The notes beneath the pieces were generated by a model. It did no database searches, was not told the origin of the DNA, and worked only from the letters and a program-made list of their open reading frames with translations. The translations under genes were made by a program, and so were the position numbers. Below are positions 1 to 13,400 of a stretch of DNA of 64,000 nucleotides, piece after piece; the first letter of the stretch is position 1, and each line of letters opens with the position of its first letter. Source of the stretch: Magallana gigas (taxonomy: Eukaryota); contig NC_088858.1 in the NCBI RefSeq assembly GCF_963853765.1, positions 15,500,001 through 15,564,000 on the forward strand. Direction: 5' to 3'.

Positions 1-704
1 TACTTAATCCTTAAGGAGGGCCATGTCTTTTAAAAGTTTTTTTTGTTTGTTTTCAGAAGTTTTTTAAATAAATGGGAAGGTGAAATTGAATTAAATTCTC
101 ATTTTTTACACAAAACAATTTTAATGATGGCGAGCAATGTAACATTGTCTGCATATTGTTTCGTTTAAAATTTACATTTAAAATGGTGTTATTAGTGAAA
201 TTACACTTTTACAAAAAATGTCATATCAATTAGTTAATTGAATAAGGGCACAGAACGTGTACATCGAGATGTTAACTTATTACTAATCAAGTTAATACAC
301 ATGAATGCATCCCTAGCATGCATCAATTATTATACTTGCAAAGTCCTGAAAACATTTATAACTACTATTTATATGAGCTGAATTTTCTTCAATCATGCGT
401 TTCAAAGTAAGCTTTATGAAATTATAAAATTGATCATCGGTATGTATAGAAAAAATGTTCATTTATACATATCTTTATATATCCCTGAGAGCGATATCGT
501 AAACGATGTTGTCAAATGAGAGGTTGTAGTGAAGTCTTTTTTTAGCAACAGCTATTTCATATTGCCACTTTACATTATCTAAAGTGCACAAGCTAATTAG
601 ATGAGGTTTTCGTTGACCATTTACACAAGTATAATAAATGACTATATATTTAATATTTGAAACACGTTCATTAAATGATATGTTGATCAATATGTACACC
701 TTAA

Positions 705-727
705 TGACGTCACTTAAGACTATAAAA
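705..727 (+). promoter_or_regulatory. Promoter of cluster gene 1: perfect CRE (TGACGTCA) plus TATA box
   Basis: TGACGTCA at 705-712 and TATAAAA at 721-727. AGGAC follows at 752, then a short exon ending at a GTAAGA donor (789). The same layout recurs upstream of the other three intact paralogs. Confidence 0.75.
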
Positions 728-749
728 GTAAAAATCTGCAGCTTGCAAA

Positions 750-788
750 CCAGGACACCTAACAGAGCCTCAGAGATCCAAGATACCG
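750..788 (+). other. Non-coding exon 1 of cluster gene 1 (start approximate)
   Basis: Begins about 30 nt after the TATA box and ends ...GATACCG|GTAAGA. The acceptor TTCTTTCAG at 1534 lies 2 nt before the ATG. Homologous motif GAGCCTCAGAGATCCA at 765-780. Confidence 0.7.
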
Positions 789-1536
789 GTAAGAAATCTT
801 GTCATATCTGCGTCTTGCATATAAATGTATTTATGATTCTAATATATAAGGTTTCTTTAGCAAAAGATAGAATATAGAATCTGTTTAATAAGAAAATAAC
901 TAAAATCATTTTCATTTTCGAAATTGTTGGAATCAAGAATTATAGTTTTAGGAAACTCTGCTTTGCAAGATTTGCATTTATTATTACGTCAGTGATTAAG
1001 TGATTTTCCTTTAGGAAAATAGTTAGGTTCTTTTCAAATGGAAAATTACATAAATTGTAAATTCTATAAAAAAGTTGGCTTAAAGGGTAACCATTACACG
1101 ACATTAAATCTTGAAAACAATGTCTTTTTTGTAATCACAATTTCCCAAAATGTAATTATTTCTTAAATAATAACAAAATGTTCTAATATAGTATGTATTT
1201 TTCAACTGGTAAATGGTTTTGTTCTGCAAAGTAAATATTCCAACTATCATATTAGAATAATGATACAGAGCAAGCTTCAGTTATCATAGAAGCTCGTTAT
1301 TAGCTAATAATGAACTCCATCACGATTTTTATTTTGCCATCTTACAAAAAGGTGACCATGGTGAAATTTAATTTTGTGTTTAGCGAATAATTGTCTTAAA
1401 ATATAATGAAAATCAACATCAACGTTCAATTCAAAAGTTCATGAAAAAATCCCCCGTACATTTATTTCTAATAAATTTCAATCTTCGTTATGATATTGCA
1501 TATACTTATTTCTATTGGGTATCTGTTCTTTCAGCA

Positions 1537-2400
1537 ATGTTTCGCGCAACTGTTCTCCTCTGCATTCTGGCCTATGCCTTCTGTGACTACGACAAAAAAC
1601 TTCCATACAGTGCAAACTATTACAGTCCAGGGAGTCTTTTCTCTAGGGGAGGATTTGGTGGAGGAAACATAGGATTCGGCAATTTAAGGGGAGGTAATCT
1701 CGGATTTGGCAATGTTGGTGGACTCAGAATAGGAGCACCTTCTTTTGGTGGAGTCAACTTTGGTGGATTTGGAGGTCAAAGTTTCAGATCCTTCTTTTCT
1801 AGTCCCGGAGGTGCTGCTGCATCAAGTGCTGCTGCTTCTGATGGCCCGTTTGGTGGATCTGCAGCATCTTCATCCGCAGCATCTGGTGGATTGAGAGGTC
1901 CGCAATTCTTTGGTGGTAACGTTGGCAATACTGGATTTCAAAGCTTCAGGTTCTTTGGTCCCGGTGGTAGCGTAGCTACTGGTAGTGCTGCCGCCAGTGA
2001 CGATGGCTCGGCTGCTGCTTCGTCTGCTGCGGCGGGTAATGGAGCTGCCGCGGCCTCAGCAGCTGCAGCATCTCCATCACTTGGATTTCCTGGCCTAACG
2101 TCATTCCCAGGCAATGTCTACCCCTATCCTGGAAGTTTCCCTACCTATCCCGGAAGTTTCTCTTCCTATCCAGGAAGTCTCTACTCATATCCTGGAAACG
2201 CGTACTCCTTTCCAGGTCAATCCTTTTATCCTGGAAGTTTAAACACCTTTCCTGGTAGTGTGTTACCCGGGTCCATTAATCGTCCTTTACACAGATCAAA
2301 GGTAAGAAACAAATCAAACCAAACTTTGATGAGTTGAATTTGCAAGAAAATGCAAATTGACTTTTTATCACATATGCAACACTTTTTACAGGTTTATTGA
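1537..2400 (+). CDS. Secreted Gly/Ala/Ser-rich silk-like structural protein, cluster gene 1 (257 aa; coding exons 1537-2301 and 2392-2400)
   Basis: ATG at 1537 follows an acceptor. Signal peptide MFRATVLLCILAYAFC then DYDKK. GGF/GGNxG repeats, AAASSAAAS blocks and 7-aa PGSxxxY repeats. Donor AAG|GTAAGA at 2302 and acceptor TTTTTACAG at 2391 give GTT TAT TGA, so the C-terminus is RSKVY*. Confidence 0.9.
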
Positions 2401-2484
2401 AAATGATTCGTTTGAAATTGCCCGACTCCTGGCTGCCCGAAAGACAAGGATCCTGTTCATGTTGTGTTATTATTGAATTTGTTG

Positions 2485-2490
2485 AATAAA
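2485..2490 (+). terminator. Polyadenylation signal of gene 1
   Basis: AATAAA 85 nt after the stop, preceded by a TG-rich stretch. Equivalent signals lie at 18003, 34051, 35482 and 42249 in the paralogs. Confidence 0.6.
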
Positions 2491-2870
2491 TGTTAAGCAT
2501 CCACGAAAAAGCAGATTTGAGTTTTTGTTTTAAGGTGTTAATGGAACATACGACATACATTTTCACTATTAACACTCTAAACCATTCCTCTACGCTGTTG
2601 GGTAAAAATATTGGGAAAGAAAATTATATATAATCAAATTGTTCTGAACATTGTTAACAATTGAAGCAATCCTTGAATTCGCAAAAATTGTACATCATGT
2701 AAATAATTGCTCAATTCTATATCAGGATCAATATAAAAAAAAATGTTGTATATTTGCACATATTAGTGCTTCCATTATACACATGTCTAAAAAGTTGCCA
2801 ATTTTTGTCCTATTTTTTGTAATCGCAAAATGCATTTCAAACATTTAAGGCCAATAACAATCAATTTATC

Positions 2871-3270
2871 TATGCTGTCTCAGTCCCAGACTGGTGTTGC
2901 AGCCAGTAACAAATAACCTCGAAACCATTGTAGTTCATCATAAACTTTTAATAGTAATGGCTTCACAAAAGGTAAATAACTGAAAAATGAATAAACAAAC
3001 AATAAGTTCCCACTTAACCCGAATTTTCTCTGATAATTTACGATACCCGGCAAACAACACACATTTAAAGCAAATCTAAATATTTCATTGCATAACAATA
3101 GAGTTAAACAAACACTTACATCGCTGTGGCACCTCACTGGTGTTCAAAACAAACAAAAACACAGCCCTCACTCGCACATGCCATGGCCATGCTGAGTTGC
3201 AGAGTCCCTGACGTAATAAACAAAACCGTCCAGGTTGGAATACGGATTTCCGAAAAAGCGTGACAGCACA
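2871..3270 (-). repeat. 3' LTR of the BEL/Pao element (400 bp)
   Basis: Direct repeat of 10046-10446, with one substitution and one A-run indel seen by eye. Adjacent to the PPT. Confidence 0.93.
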
Positions 3271-3280
3271 CTCCCCGCCT
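3271..3280 (-). other. Polypurine tract
   Basis: AGGCGGGGAG on the minus strand immediately before the TG start of the 3' LTR. Confidence 0.85.
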
Positions 3281-3287
3281 GACTAAA

Positions 3288-4268
3288 TTAGTCACTATCC
3301 AATTTCGGTGAGTAAAGGACGACCACCTCAGCCACTGGTCTTAAATATTCAACTTGGCGTCCTCGTCGGATGACCTTTACTCTTATTTTCCGAACCTTTG
3401 CATCTTCACTTAAGATTGCCTCTTCTACTAAACCAGTTGGCCAATCGGATCTCTTCATATCTTTTTCTTTTACCAGTACAACATCACCTTTATGAAGATT
3501 CTCTTTCTGTGTCTTCCACTTCCTTCTGGCTTGAAGACTCTGTAAAAACTCATCTTTCCATCTCTTCCAAAACCTTTCTGCCAACACTTGCACATGCTTC
3601 CAGCCCGCCCTGAACATGTCCCGAATGTCTAGGTTTTGAAGAGGTGGTATATCATCTCCTTCTTTCTGTGTTAATAATAAATTCGGAGAAAGAATAGTTG
3701 GATTTTCTGGGTCGGAGGATACCGGAACTATTGGGCGAGAGTTGATAATCATGCAAACTTCTGCCATAAAGGTTGTCAATACTTCATGCGTCAACTCCTT
3801 TCCAGAATTTTCAAGTAGCAGAGCGTCAATGATCTTTCTAGCCACACCTATCATGCGCTCCCAGACGCCTCCAAAATGCGATGAATGAGGTGGATTAAAA
3901 ATCCATGTACTACCTTCGCTCAGAAGGAACTTCTGAATAGTGGGATCTTCTACATTCACAGCATCTGTCTTTGTATCTGTTGATCCAACAAAATTGATTC
4001 CCCTGTCAGATCTATACTCCAGTACTTTTCCTCGAATGGAAACGAATCTACGCACGGCGTTTATGAAAGAGGAAGTTGACATCTGTTCCACCACTTCGAT
4101 ATGTACTGCACGGACTGTGAGGCATGTGAACAGGATAGCCCACCTTTTACTGTTCGCATGTCCACCGCGTGTTCTTCTACTGACAACATTCCAATGGCCA
4201 AATGTATCGACTCCTACATAGGTAAAAGGTGGCACCGGCTTTAGGCGACAAGCAGGAAGATCAGCCAT
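3288..4268 (-). pseudogene. Integrase core segment of pol
   Basis: MADLP..PFTYVGVDTFG..VHIEVV..SDRG.NFVG..PPHSSHFGGVWERMIG. In frame with the upstream segment but separated by a TAG at 4278-4280. Confidence 0.9.
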
Positions 4269-4277
4269 GATTTGTGT

Positions 4278-6556
4278 CTACAGCTTTCCTCTAAGTTTTG
4301 CACAAGTGACACAGTGATGTAAAATAGAGGATACCAATCTTTTGGCACCTATTATCCAGTACCCGGCATTGCGCAATGCTCCTGCAGTAATGTGTCGACC
4401 TTGATGATGTACCTTTTCGTGGTGATGTCTAACCAGCAAGACTGCAATGTGTGAACTCTTAGGAACAATGATTGGATTTTGCACGTTTCTTTCAAACTTT
4501 GCTCTCTTCAGCCTTCCTCCTACTCTAAGTACTCCTTCTTCATCAATGTAAGGATTAAGTGATGACAACGTACTGTCTTTGGGTATTGCGTTGCCACTTG
4601 TCAAACTTCTGATCTCTTTCTCAAAGAAACTCTTTTGGGCTATCTTTAGAATTAGCTGCTCCGTAGCTCTGAATTCCTTCACAGTTGTAGGACTAATATG
4701 AGATGTCTTCTTCACTGCCGCTTCTCTAAGCCGAGTCACACCATACACAAGCCTTTCCCAAGATGAAAACTTGGAGAACCTTTTCTCCCAGGTTGAAAAG
4801 CTAGGGAAGGAACCAGCTGTTTCTATTATTTTCCTCGTCGTAATCATAGGTCTGACTTCCGCGTCTTCATCTGGATTTACCATTTGATAGCTTTCATTTA
4901 TATCATGATCTGGAGAAGAAGCATGAAAGGAAGGTTTCCACCATTTACTATCTGCTAGATTCTTTGCTTGCACTCCTCTTGTTCCCACATCTGCTGGATT
5001 TTGCTCCGAGGGAATGTAGTTCCATTGAGCTGGCTGTGAAACACGCAATATCCTTTCTACCCTGTTACTTACATACGTGTAAAACCTTCTTGTCCTGTTG
5101 CTTAAATATCCTAAGACAACCTTGCTATCAGAGTAGAAGTATGTAGCGTCAACTGGACTGTCTAACTGCCTTGTTACAGCGGTAGCAATTTCAGATGCTA
5201 AAACAGCGGAACAAAGTTCTAATCTAGGTACGGTATGCCCATGTCTGGGTGAGAGTTTGGATTTACCAAATACAAAACCAAACTCATATTCGTCATCTGT
5301 CCTGAAAACCTTCAGATATGCCACTGCTGCCACGGCTTGCTCTGACGCATCTGAGTATACATGGAGCTCTGTCCTAATGGCCTCATTGAACGGAATAGAA
5401 GTGAACATCCTTGGAATCTTGAGTAAGGATAGATCACTTGCACTATTCTTCCATTCTGTCCATCGTCTCTCAATTTCTACAGGTAAGGGTTCATCCCAGT
5501 CACAAGACAATTCCATCAGCTCTCTAAAAATCATGCGACCCAGGAGAATAAATGGAGCAACAAACCCAAAAGGGTCAAAAATGCTGTGGAGAGTAGACAA
5601 GACACCTCTTTTAGTAAATGGCTTCTCTTCAAACTTCACTTGAAATGCAAATGAATCCGTTTGCAAGCTCCATTGTAGTCCTAAACTTCTTGAAAGTGGA
5701 ACATCATCCATGACACTTAAGTCCATATTTTCCAGATCTGATGCTCTCTCCTCTGGTGGGAATGCATTGACAACATCCTTGTTGTTGGAAACGACCTTAT
5801 GAAGGCGCAAATTTCCACCAGTCAATAGAGCAGCTTTTGTCTTTTTCATTATTTCAACAGCTTTCTCGGGTGATGTTGTCGAAAGCAGACCATCGTCCAC
5901 ATAAAAGTTCTTGTTAACGAAGTTTACTACCTCTTCACTTGTTGTAGGATTTACACTAACTGCCTTTCTCAGACCATATGTGGCAATTGCTGGAGATGGT
6001 GAATTTCCAAAACATGTTCACACATTCTGTATTCGACAAGTTCTTTGTCTGGGTCATTATCACGATGCCATAAAAACCTCAAGTAATTCCTATCCTCTTC
6101 TGCCACAATAAATCCAAAAAACATCTGCTCAATGTCTGCAACTACACCAATCACATCTTTCCGGAAACGAAGTAGCACTCCTACAAGGCTATTCGTTAAG
6201 TCAGGTCCACAAAGCAAGACATCATTCAATGAGGTATTCTCAAACTTTGCTGATGAATCAAAGACAACCCTCAACTTTGACGGTTTCTTTGGGTGATACA
6301 CCCCGAATATTGGCAAATACCAGCATTCCTCATTGGGCTGCAAGGGTGGCGCCAATTCTGCATGCTTCTCTAATATTCCTTGCATGTAGATATGAAAGTG
6401 CTCTTGTTTGCAAGGATTCTTTGCCAGAGTTTTGTTCAAAATCCTAGCTCGTTTCAATGCCATTACTCTGTTATCTGGTAACCTATCTCTTGGCGTTCTA
6501 AATGGCAGTGGAGAAACCCAGCTTCCTTCCTCATTCCGTTTACAGTGTATTTCCAT
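4278..6556 (-). pseudogene. RT / RNase H / integrase zinc-finger segment of pol
   Basis: WYLPIFGVYHPKKPSKLRVVFDSSA, DIEQMF, then a one-base deletion near 6010 (HVF-GNSPSP restored by adding one T). Followed by FYVDD, DASEQA, PRLELC and HH..HHQG..C..C. Confidence 0.9.
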
Positions 6557-6694
6557 AATCTTTAAGAACTCTCTATCCTCTATTGATAAACCCGGTTTAT
6601 CATCATCAGCTGTGCGTTCGAACAGTAAGGTACCAAAATCATTTGGTTTGCTGTAGCCCAGTCCGTAACCTTCACTGTATGTAAAACTGCTTGG

Positions 6695-9339
6695 TCAAGG
6701 AGGCATAATAGAGGTTCTTCCCGCCTTAACCATGTGTGTCTTCTTAACACAAATATCATCTGGAACATGAACTTTATCTAAACAAGCATCTCCAATCAGG
6801 GCCCAGCCTAACGGAAGCTTCTGAGCATAGGGTGAGCTCTTTCCAACTCTTTGATCTATGACATGATGTGCTTCCACCAGATCACGTCCCAGCAGTAGTA
6901 ATATAGGTGCATCATTCAAAGGCGGAATCTCGGACGCAATATCTGCTAGGTGAGGGTAGTGAAGCGCAATTTCTGGGGTTCCTATTTCATCTCGATTACA
7001 AGGTATGCTGTCGCATTCAGTGACAACAGGTAAGTTCAGTGTTTGTGTTGAATCCCATGATTCAATGACTAGTCCATGAGCCTGTCTACCGCATGTTGGT
7101 ACAGTGCCGGAACATGAAGAAATTGTGTAACATTTTGGTTCAGAGTAAATTCTCAACATGTCAAAGAACTCACTGCGAGCAAGGGACCTGTTACTCTGAT
7201 CGTCAACAAGTGCATAAATCAAAATGGCATTCTCCTTTTCTCCTTGTCTGTACACTCGTACAAGCAACATTTTGGCACATGATTTACCAACAAATTGTTT
7301 CCCGCAAATTTGTAAACAACAGGCTGAAACTGATGAAACACTATTTGTTGTTATACTGTCTATGACACGTTGCTCCCCGCCATGCTCTTTGTATGGGTGA
7401 TCAGATTTGACATCAGTGGGGTGAAGTGCACTACAGTGTTCAGTATTATCACAAATGTCACATCTTAAATTCACTTTACAGTCCCTAGCCATGTGTTTTG
7501 AATTACAGCACCGAAAACAAATTCCTTCTTCCTTTAACAATCGTTTACGGTCTGCTAGCTTCTTGGATCTAAACACACGGCAATCCTGTAGTGAATGAGG
7601 TGTCTTACTGTTCAAGTGAATCAAACAAACCTGAGAGAGTTCCTTGCCCTGCTTTGACACAAATTCAGTCTTGTTTGTTCTCACTGACACACGCTCTCTG
7701 TTTCTGCTACCACTAAAGGGAATAGAAGTCACATGTTCTTTACTCTTTGGCTTGGACTGGACATCATACTGGAATCCTGGGTCATTGCGTATACGACTCA
7801 TTTCTTGGAGAAACTGAACTAAGAAAGTAAAGGGAGGATATGACACATTGTTTTTCTTTTTATAGTTTGAAGCTTGAGTTGTCCATTTGTCCTGCAAGTT
7901 GTAAGGAAGTTTGTTAATTATAGGTATGATTCCTGATGAAGAGTCAAAGTAGGAGAGAAGAGTTGAATATTTTGGGTTCTCTTTGGCTGCCTCAATCTCA
8001 GCTAGTATGTCTGCTAATTCATACATTCGTTTGTTTTCCTTTATTGTTAGTCGAGGAAATTGTTCCAGTTTGGTTTTCAAGGCTAATTCCACAAGCTCGG
8101 GTGAACCATATCGTTCTTCTAATCTCTCCCATATACGTTTCAAGGCTCTATCTGGGTATGCAGCATTTGCGGCTCTTATACTTAAAGCAAACTTAGTAGA
8201 TTCCGGTCCAAGGTACTTTGCTAGTAAATCGACTTCTTCAAATGGCGTTACTCCAAGTTCTTCTGCAATACTTTTGAAACTTGTTTTCCATGTAACAAAA
8301 ACTTCAGGCCGATCAGTAAATTTAGTGAACCTGGAAAATAGTAATTCCTTCTTCAATAGGAATTTGGTGAGGTCCCTAACAACATTGTCACCACCAGTCT
8401 GTTTCACTTCAAAGGGAGCTGCATTTGGGTTCAATGAGCTTTTATGTGTATCTTGGTATACTGGAAGTGGTCGAATGTCTCTTATTTCTGGTCTTTTGAC
8501 ACTGGTTTCCTCATCTTCAGGACAGCTTTCATATACATACTTTGCCGTCAGTTGACTCCTGTCGACTGGTTCCTGCAGCAGTGATGGCTCTGGGGAGACA
8601 TGCCTACTTCCCATTTCTGTTTCCTCAAGTGCTCTTACTTCTGCTGCGGCAATTGCAAACTTTCGCTCTTGTTCTAGCAGTAGCATTTCAGCATCTAGCT
8701 CTTCTTTCTGTCGAGTCTGTTCTGCCTTATGCTTTGCTTCCTTTTCCTCCAAGGATGCCTTCTGTTTTCTCAACATCAGCTCTCTTGCTTCGTATTGTAG
8801 ACGGGCTCGTTGCGCTTCAACTTCCATCTTCTTTTTCGCTAGGAAACTCCCATTTGTAGAAGGCTCTCCAACCTCTGATCTAGTGAGTAGACCTGAACGA
8901 CTTGAACCTCTCTGTGATAGTCGTTCAGTTGCTTCAATTCTTGCCTCTCTGATACTTCTGCTTAACTCCTTCATAATGTCTCTACATTTGATTTGTAGAA
9001 CTTCTTGTACTCTTAATTCTGAAATACTGTCCTCTGTGTTTGTCCTATCAAGGAAAGCTAAGAAGTCCTCAGATTCATGTGCATGTTTGTTTTCAATTCT
9101 TGAAGCTCTTTATCCAATGTTCTCAGAGATTTAAAATCTAATTGTGTTTTATATTCATCAAGTTTCACAGCCATATCTTCAATATCAGACCAAATTGTAT
9201 CACATTTATAGAAATATTTCTTAACGGTTTCTTCATATAACACTTGACCCTTTTCTGTCTTTCTCTTTACTCTACCCCTACTTTCAAGTTCATCATGTTC
9301 ATCATGTTCAACACTGACTTCTTTTTCTGCATCAGCCAT
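6695..9339 (-). pseudogene. Gag-protease segment
   Basis: Probable start MADAEKE..RKTEKG..Y at 9339 with at least two frameshifts around 9090-8990. The ORF 8974-6695 has CCHC-type knuckles (CFRCCNSKHMARDC) and the protease motif ALVDDQSNRS. An in-frame TGA at 6695-6697 interrupts the frame that continues into RT. Confidence 0.88.
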
Positions 9340-10045
9340 TTTGTTTCAATGTTGCACACACTATATATACACTGTACACATGATATTCAAGATATTTGTT
9401 GATATATATATGTATATAATGCAATCTTAATAAGCAAATATATACACCAAAAAATCTGTTTCAAAATGCTGCGTACAATAGCAAAAGATTAGATGCTGCA
9501 CACAATAGCAAAAAATAGGTGTGCCATATGACAGTGAACACAAATACGACAATCTCTAAATACACGTGAAGATAAATACCAAGTGTTACTGTTACTCGTA
9601 GAAGAAAAACTCAAACCATGCAAGCACACTAAATGGCAAATGCCTAGACAATGAATATCAACCCTTATTAAAAAATATAGATGATAACTGATAATTTCAC
9701 TGTTCAATGTTCAACAGTTCATGTGTAATAACACTATCACTATAAGTTCATACGCTATATATGTGTATGTACAAATTAACACTCAAATGCACCGGTAAAT
9801 TCAGGCACTGCAAGTCAACATTTACATACAAACACTAGTCAATAGTTCATGTTATTACACCACGGAATGTATCGCGGAATGCACAACGGAATGTTCTACG
9901 GACAGTGTCCAACACTATAGACGGAAAGGACTGCACGCCCCCAGGTAGGCAGGTAGGTATGGTCTGCATGCCATCGTCCAAAGGTGTAGTAAGGGTAGGC
10001 CCAGCCTCAGCAAGAAGGATCCAATCCAACAAACGATTTATTTAC

Positions 10046-10446
10046 TATGCTGTCTCAGTCCCAGACTGGTGTTGCAGCCAGTAACAAATAACCTCGAAAC
10101 CATTGTAGTTCATCATAAACTTTTAATAGTAATGGCTTCACAAAAGGTAAATAACTGAAAAATGAATAAACAAACAATAAGTTCCCACTTAACCCGAATT
10201 TTCTCTGATAATTTACGATACCCGGCAAACAACACACATTTAAAGCAAATCTAAATATTTCATTGCATAACAATAGAGTTAAACAAACACTTACATCGCT
10301 GTGGCACCTCACTGGTGTTCAAAACAAACAAAAAACACAGACCTCACTCGCACATGCCATGGCCATGCTGAGTTGCAGAGTCCCTGACGTAATAAACAAA
10401 ACCGTCCAGGTTGGAATACGGATTTCCGAAAAAGCGTGACAGCACA
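10046..10446 (-). repeat. 5' LTR of the BEL/Pao element (401 bp)
   Basis: Near-identical to 2871-3270 and followed by the TSD TTATC. Confidence 0.93.
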
Positions 10447-13400
10447 TTATCTCTGAGTCAGAACTTTTGAATAAGAAAATCAGCTTATACACAAAGAACC
10501 CTTAACACTAAAATCATCTTATAAAAATTTGAGGTACCCAATGTACGTTTTGAAATAGAATAAGAGATACATAACTTAAAAAAAGTTTGTCAAGCAACTT
10601 TTCAAACATTTCAAATAATACAATACGTATGACGTAAAACTGCAATCATGGATTTTCATACATAATCAATAATATATTGTGCGTCATAAAAGCTGTAACA
10701 AGTTGCTAGAAAACCTAACTTTCATACATTAGATTTTCTTTATATATGTACTATATTATATCCAAAAATCTGTTATATATTCAGTAACATACTTATGAAA
10801 CCTACCGAGTACAAGACACATTATAATAAAAGTCAAATTTGGCTCAAACAAATCAAACCATCAAAAGTTTTTAAGAAAGATTTGTTCTATCATTCAAAAG
10901 CTAAGAGATAAATTCTGCAAGATATTTATGGAAATATCAAACGTCTTTTATAATAGCGTTGAAGAAATTATTTTGTTATATAATTTTTAGTCTAGTTTAT
11001 TTGCTCTCATTTTAATGAAGTTGCGTTAGAAATTACGCCATTAAAAAAATTAGGAGGCTGGATGGCCAACAGACTTACCGACAAATGTACCAAAAATGTT
11101 CAGATATGAATTTTTAAGCTATTTACTTTAATATAGTAAATTCATAATCCATTTACTTAAACCTTTGAAATCTGGGTATTTTCCTATATTTTTATATGGA
11201 TCTCTTCTTTTAAATGATATCAATACACTCTAAAAATGACAATGACCATCATACTCTCTTAAACTGGACAATATTATGCTTTGTGTTTGAATGTAAAATC
11301 TTAAGTGCAGCTTTGGACAAACTATTTAAGTCATTATTCACTAATTTATAGATAAAGTTTTGGGTGGAATTATTGTGTCTGTTCAAATTAAAAAATGTCT
11401 GATCTATATGTATATGGAACAATAAAAAGATTGAACATTTTCCTCAACTAATTATGCAACGTGTATGAAATATTGAATTTTATGAAATATTATGGTTGTT
11501 CCTTATCTTTATATGACTACAGGAACATTGGTAACATCGAAACGTTTTTTAAAAGATCTGATTGAAGTTTTACGAAGTTCTGATTTATATTCTGAAGTGT
11601 AATCCATATCCAGGAAATTATCACTCTTATCACAGCATCAACTACATCATTACGGGATATGAGAACTTATTTTAGGACTAGTATGGCAACTTTCGATTTA
11701 GATTAAAGAAAACAAATGCATTTCTACCTACTGAACGGCTACTGGTGATATACTGGACTGGTGTAGATAATTGGGATATAATAATTACAAACGCACAGAA
11801 ACACAATATGAGAACAACGACTGCTTTCTCCGATTTTATGGTTATTTATAAGCTGTCAGTAGAAAATAAATAGAAGAGAATATCTGATAGAATTGAAAGT
11901 TACAGACCCAAATACACGAACAAATTATGTGAAAAAAGCTTATTGCAACAATTCTAAATTCATAATCTAAAATAAGTATGAAGTGTCTGATTAACGTCGT
12001 TATTTCTTTCGGCAATATAAAACAATCCAAAAGCTCTGAGCGAAATTCAACCAAATCGAAAGTGTTTGTGATATTAAGCAAAGGTCAAGATTCCGGGTCG
12101 CCACCAGAGGTCAAGGTCAATGCATGATTGTAAACTATTTGAAAGCCAAGTTGAAATCAGTCACCCCGACAACAAGACAAATAAATGTGCTTGTTTTATA
12201 TAGAAAATACATAATAGTAGGTGATCACTTAGAAGTTTTGCTAAATGTAATTAATGTTTTTTAAAAATGAGATGGAAAAACACTAGAAATTTACAATTGT
12301 GACCATAATCGACTTAAGAAGAAAACCCATCAAAATACAGTTCATATAAAACATGAGAAGTGTTCACATAACAAATCATCAATAGCTCTGTTCCTTGCTT
12401 GTAACTTGACAAATGTTTCAAAAAGTATTGAATCATTAGAGTATTATAAAATATTTTAAAAATTCATGCTGCTCAATGAAAGAATTTAGTAATAGTTAGA
12501 TCATATTAAATAAAATTTCCGCGATTAAGAAGGGGGCGGAGAAAGCAAAGCGACCGGGCCCCTTCTTCATCGTGTAAAGTTTACTTTATATAATCTAACT
12601 TACTAAGAACATAACCCACTTTTTCATTCGCTGATTAAAAGTTCTGCACCAATCAAATATCATCTCTCTTTTGTTTTTGGCTCTGTATGCTGTCAATCGA
12701 AATGTGACGTTTCTGTGAGCTTAGAAAAAGTCTTAATGATTAAAAACATCACTTAATAGAATATTTAGCGACTGCGAATTGGATGAAAAAGTGGGTTATG
12801 ATCTAAACTTTTAAATTTAATAGGAAGAAAGTAATTTCTGATATACCCTCCTTCTTTAATTGCAGTATTTCATACTAGAAAACAGTTTGAATATTTGTTA
12901 ATATGTCTCATAGATGTAATATTTGCAATGCCTTCTGATAAGAGTATTTATCGATCAAAAATCAAAAATGAACTTTGTAATTTCTTATCTCAAAATATTG
13001 AAAAAGATATATTTCTTCAAAAGATCTTAATTACTGCATAAAATGATATTTTTGTATGAAGTTAATACTAAAACAGATAACAAAGATCTATTCTTATATT
13101 TTAATGGTAATTTCTTAAACTAATATTAATTCAGATAGATGGTATTTTCTTCCAAACATTATAATGGAAAAAAATGATCTCTGGAAACTCGATTCAAATG
13201 CTTATAAATAATGCCCTTGTTTGTGTAAACCAATCATATGTAACTTGGTTTTTTTGTGGTTTCCTTTTGCGGAAACAGACAAAAATAAAAAGTACGTACT
13301 GCATTATGCAATACCAACGCTTACACAAGGCGTGGCGATCAGAGTGGGATAATTAAAAACACTAAACAAAAGAGATGAATTTTAATTTAATCCATTGGAA

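Larger units (their letters stand above)
2871..10446 (-). mobile_element. Full-length BEL/Pao LTR retrotransposon, recently inserted, coding region disabled
   Basis: Two ~400-bp LTRs and a 5-bp target-site duplication TTATC (2866-2870, 10447-10451). Domain order is gag (CCHC knuckles), protease (DDQSNRS), RT (YVDD at 5892-5903), RNase H, integrase. This order and motifs such as PRLELC and HFGGVWER are typical of BEL/Pao. Confidence 0.95.

Noticed and set aside
1441-1536. N-terminal extensions in the ORF track for genes 1, 2 and 3 (starts 1441, 16955, 32720)
   Set aside because: They are intron 1 sequence. A canonical acceptor lies 2 nt before the downstream ATG that starts a clean 16-aa signal peptide in every paralog.
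2880-3137. Identical 85-aa ORFs at 2880-3137 and 10055-10312
   Set aside because: They lie wholly within the LTRs, so the identity reflects LTR duplication. No protein motif is recognisable.
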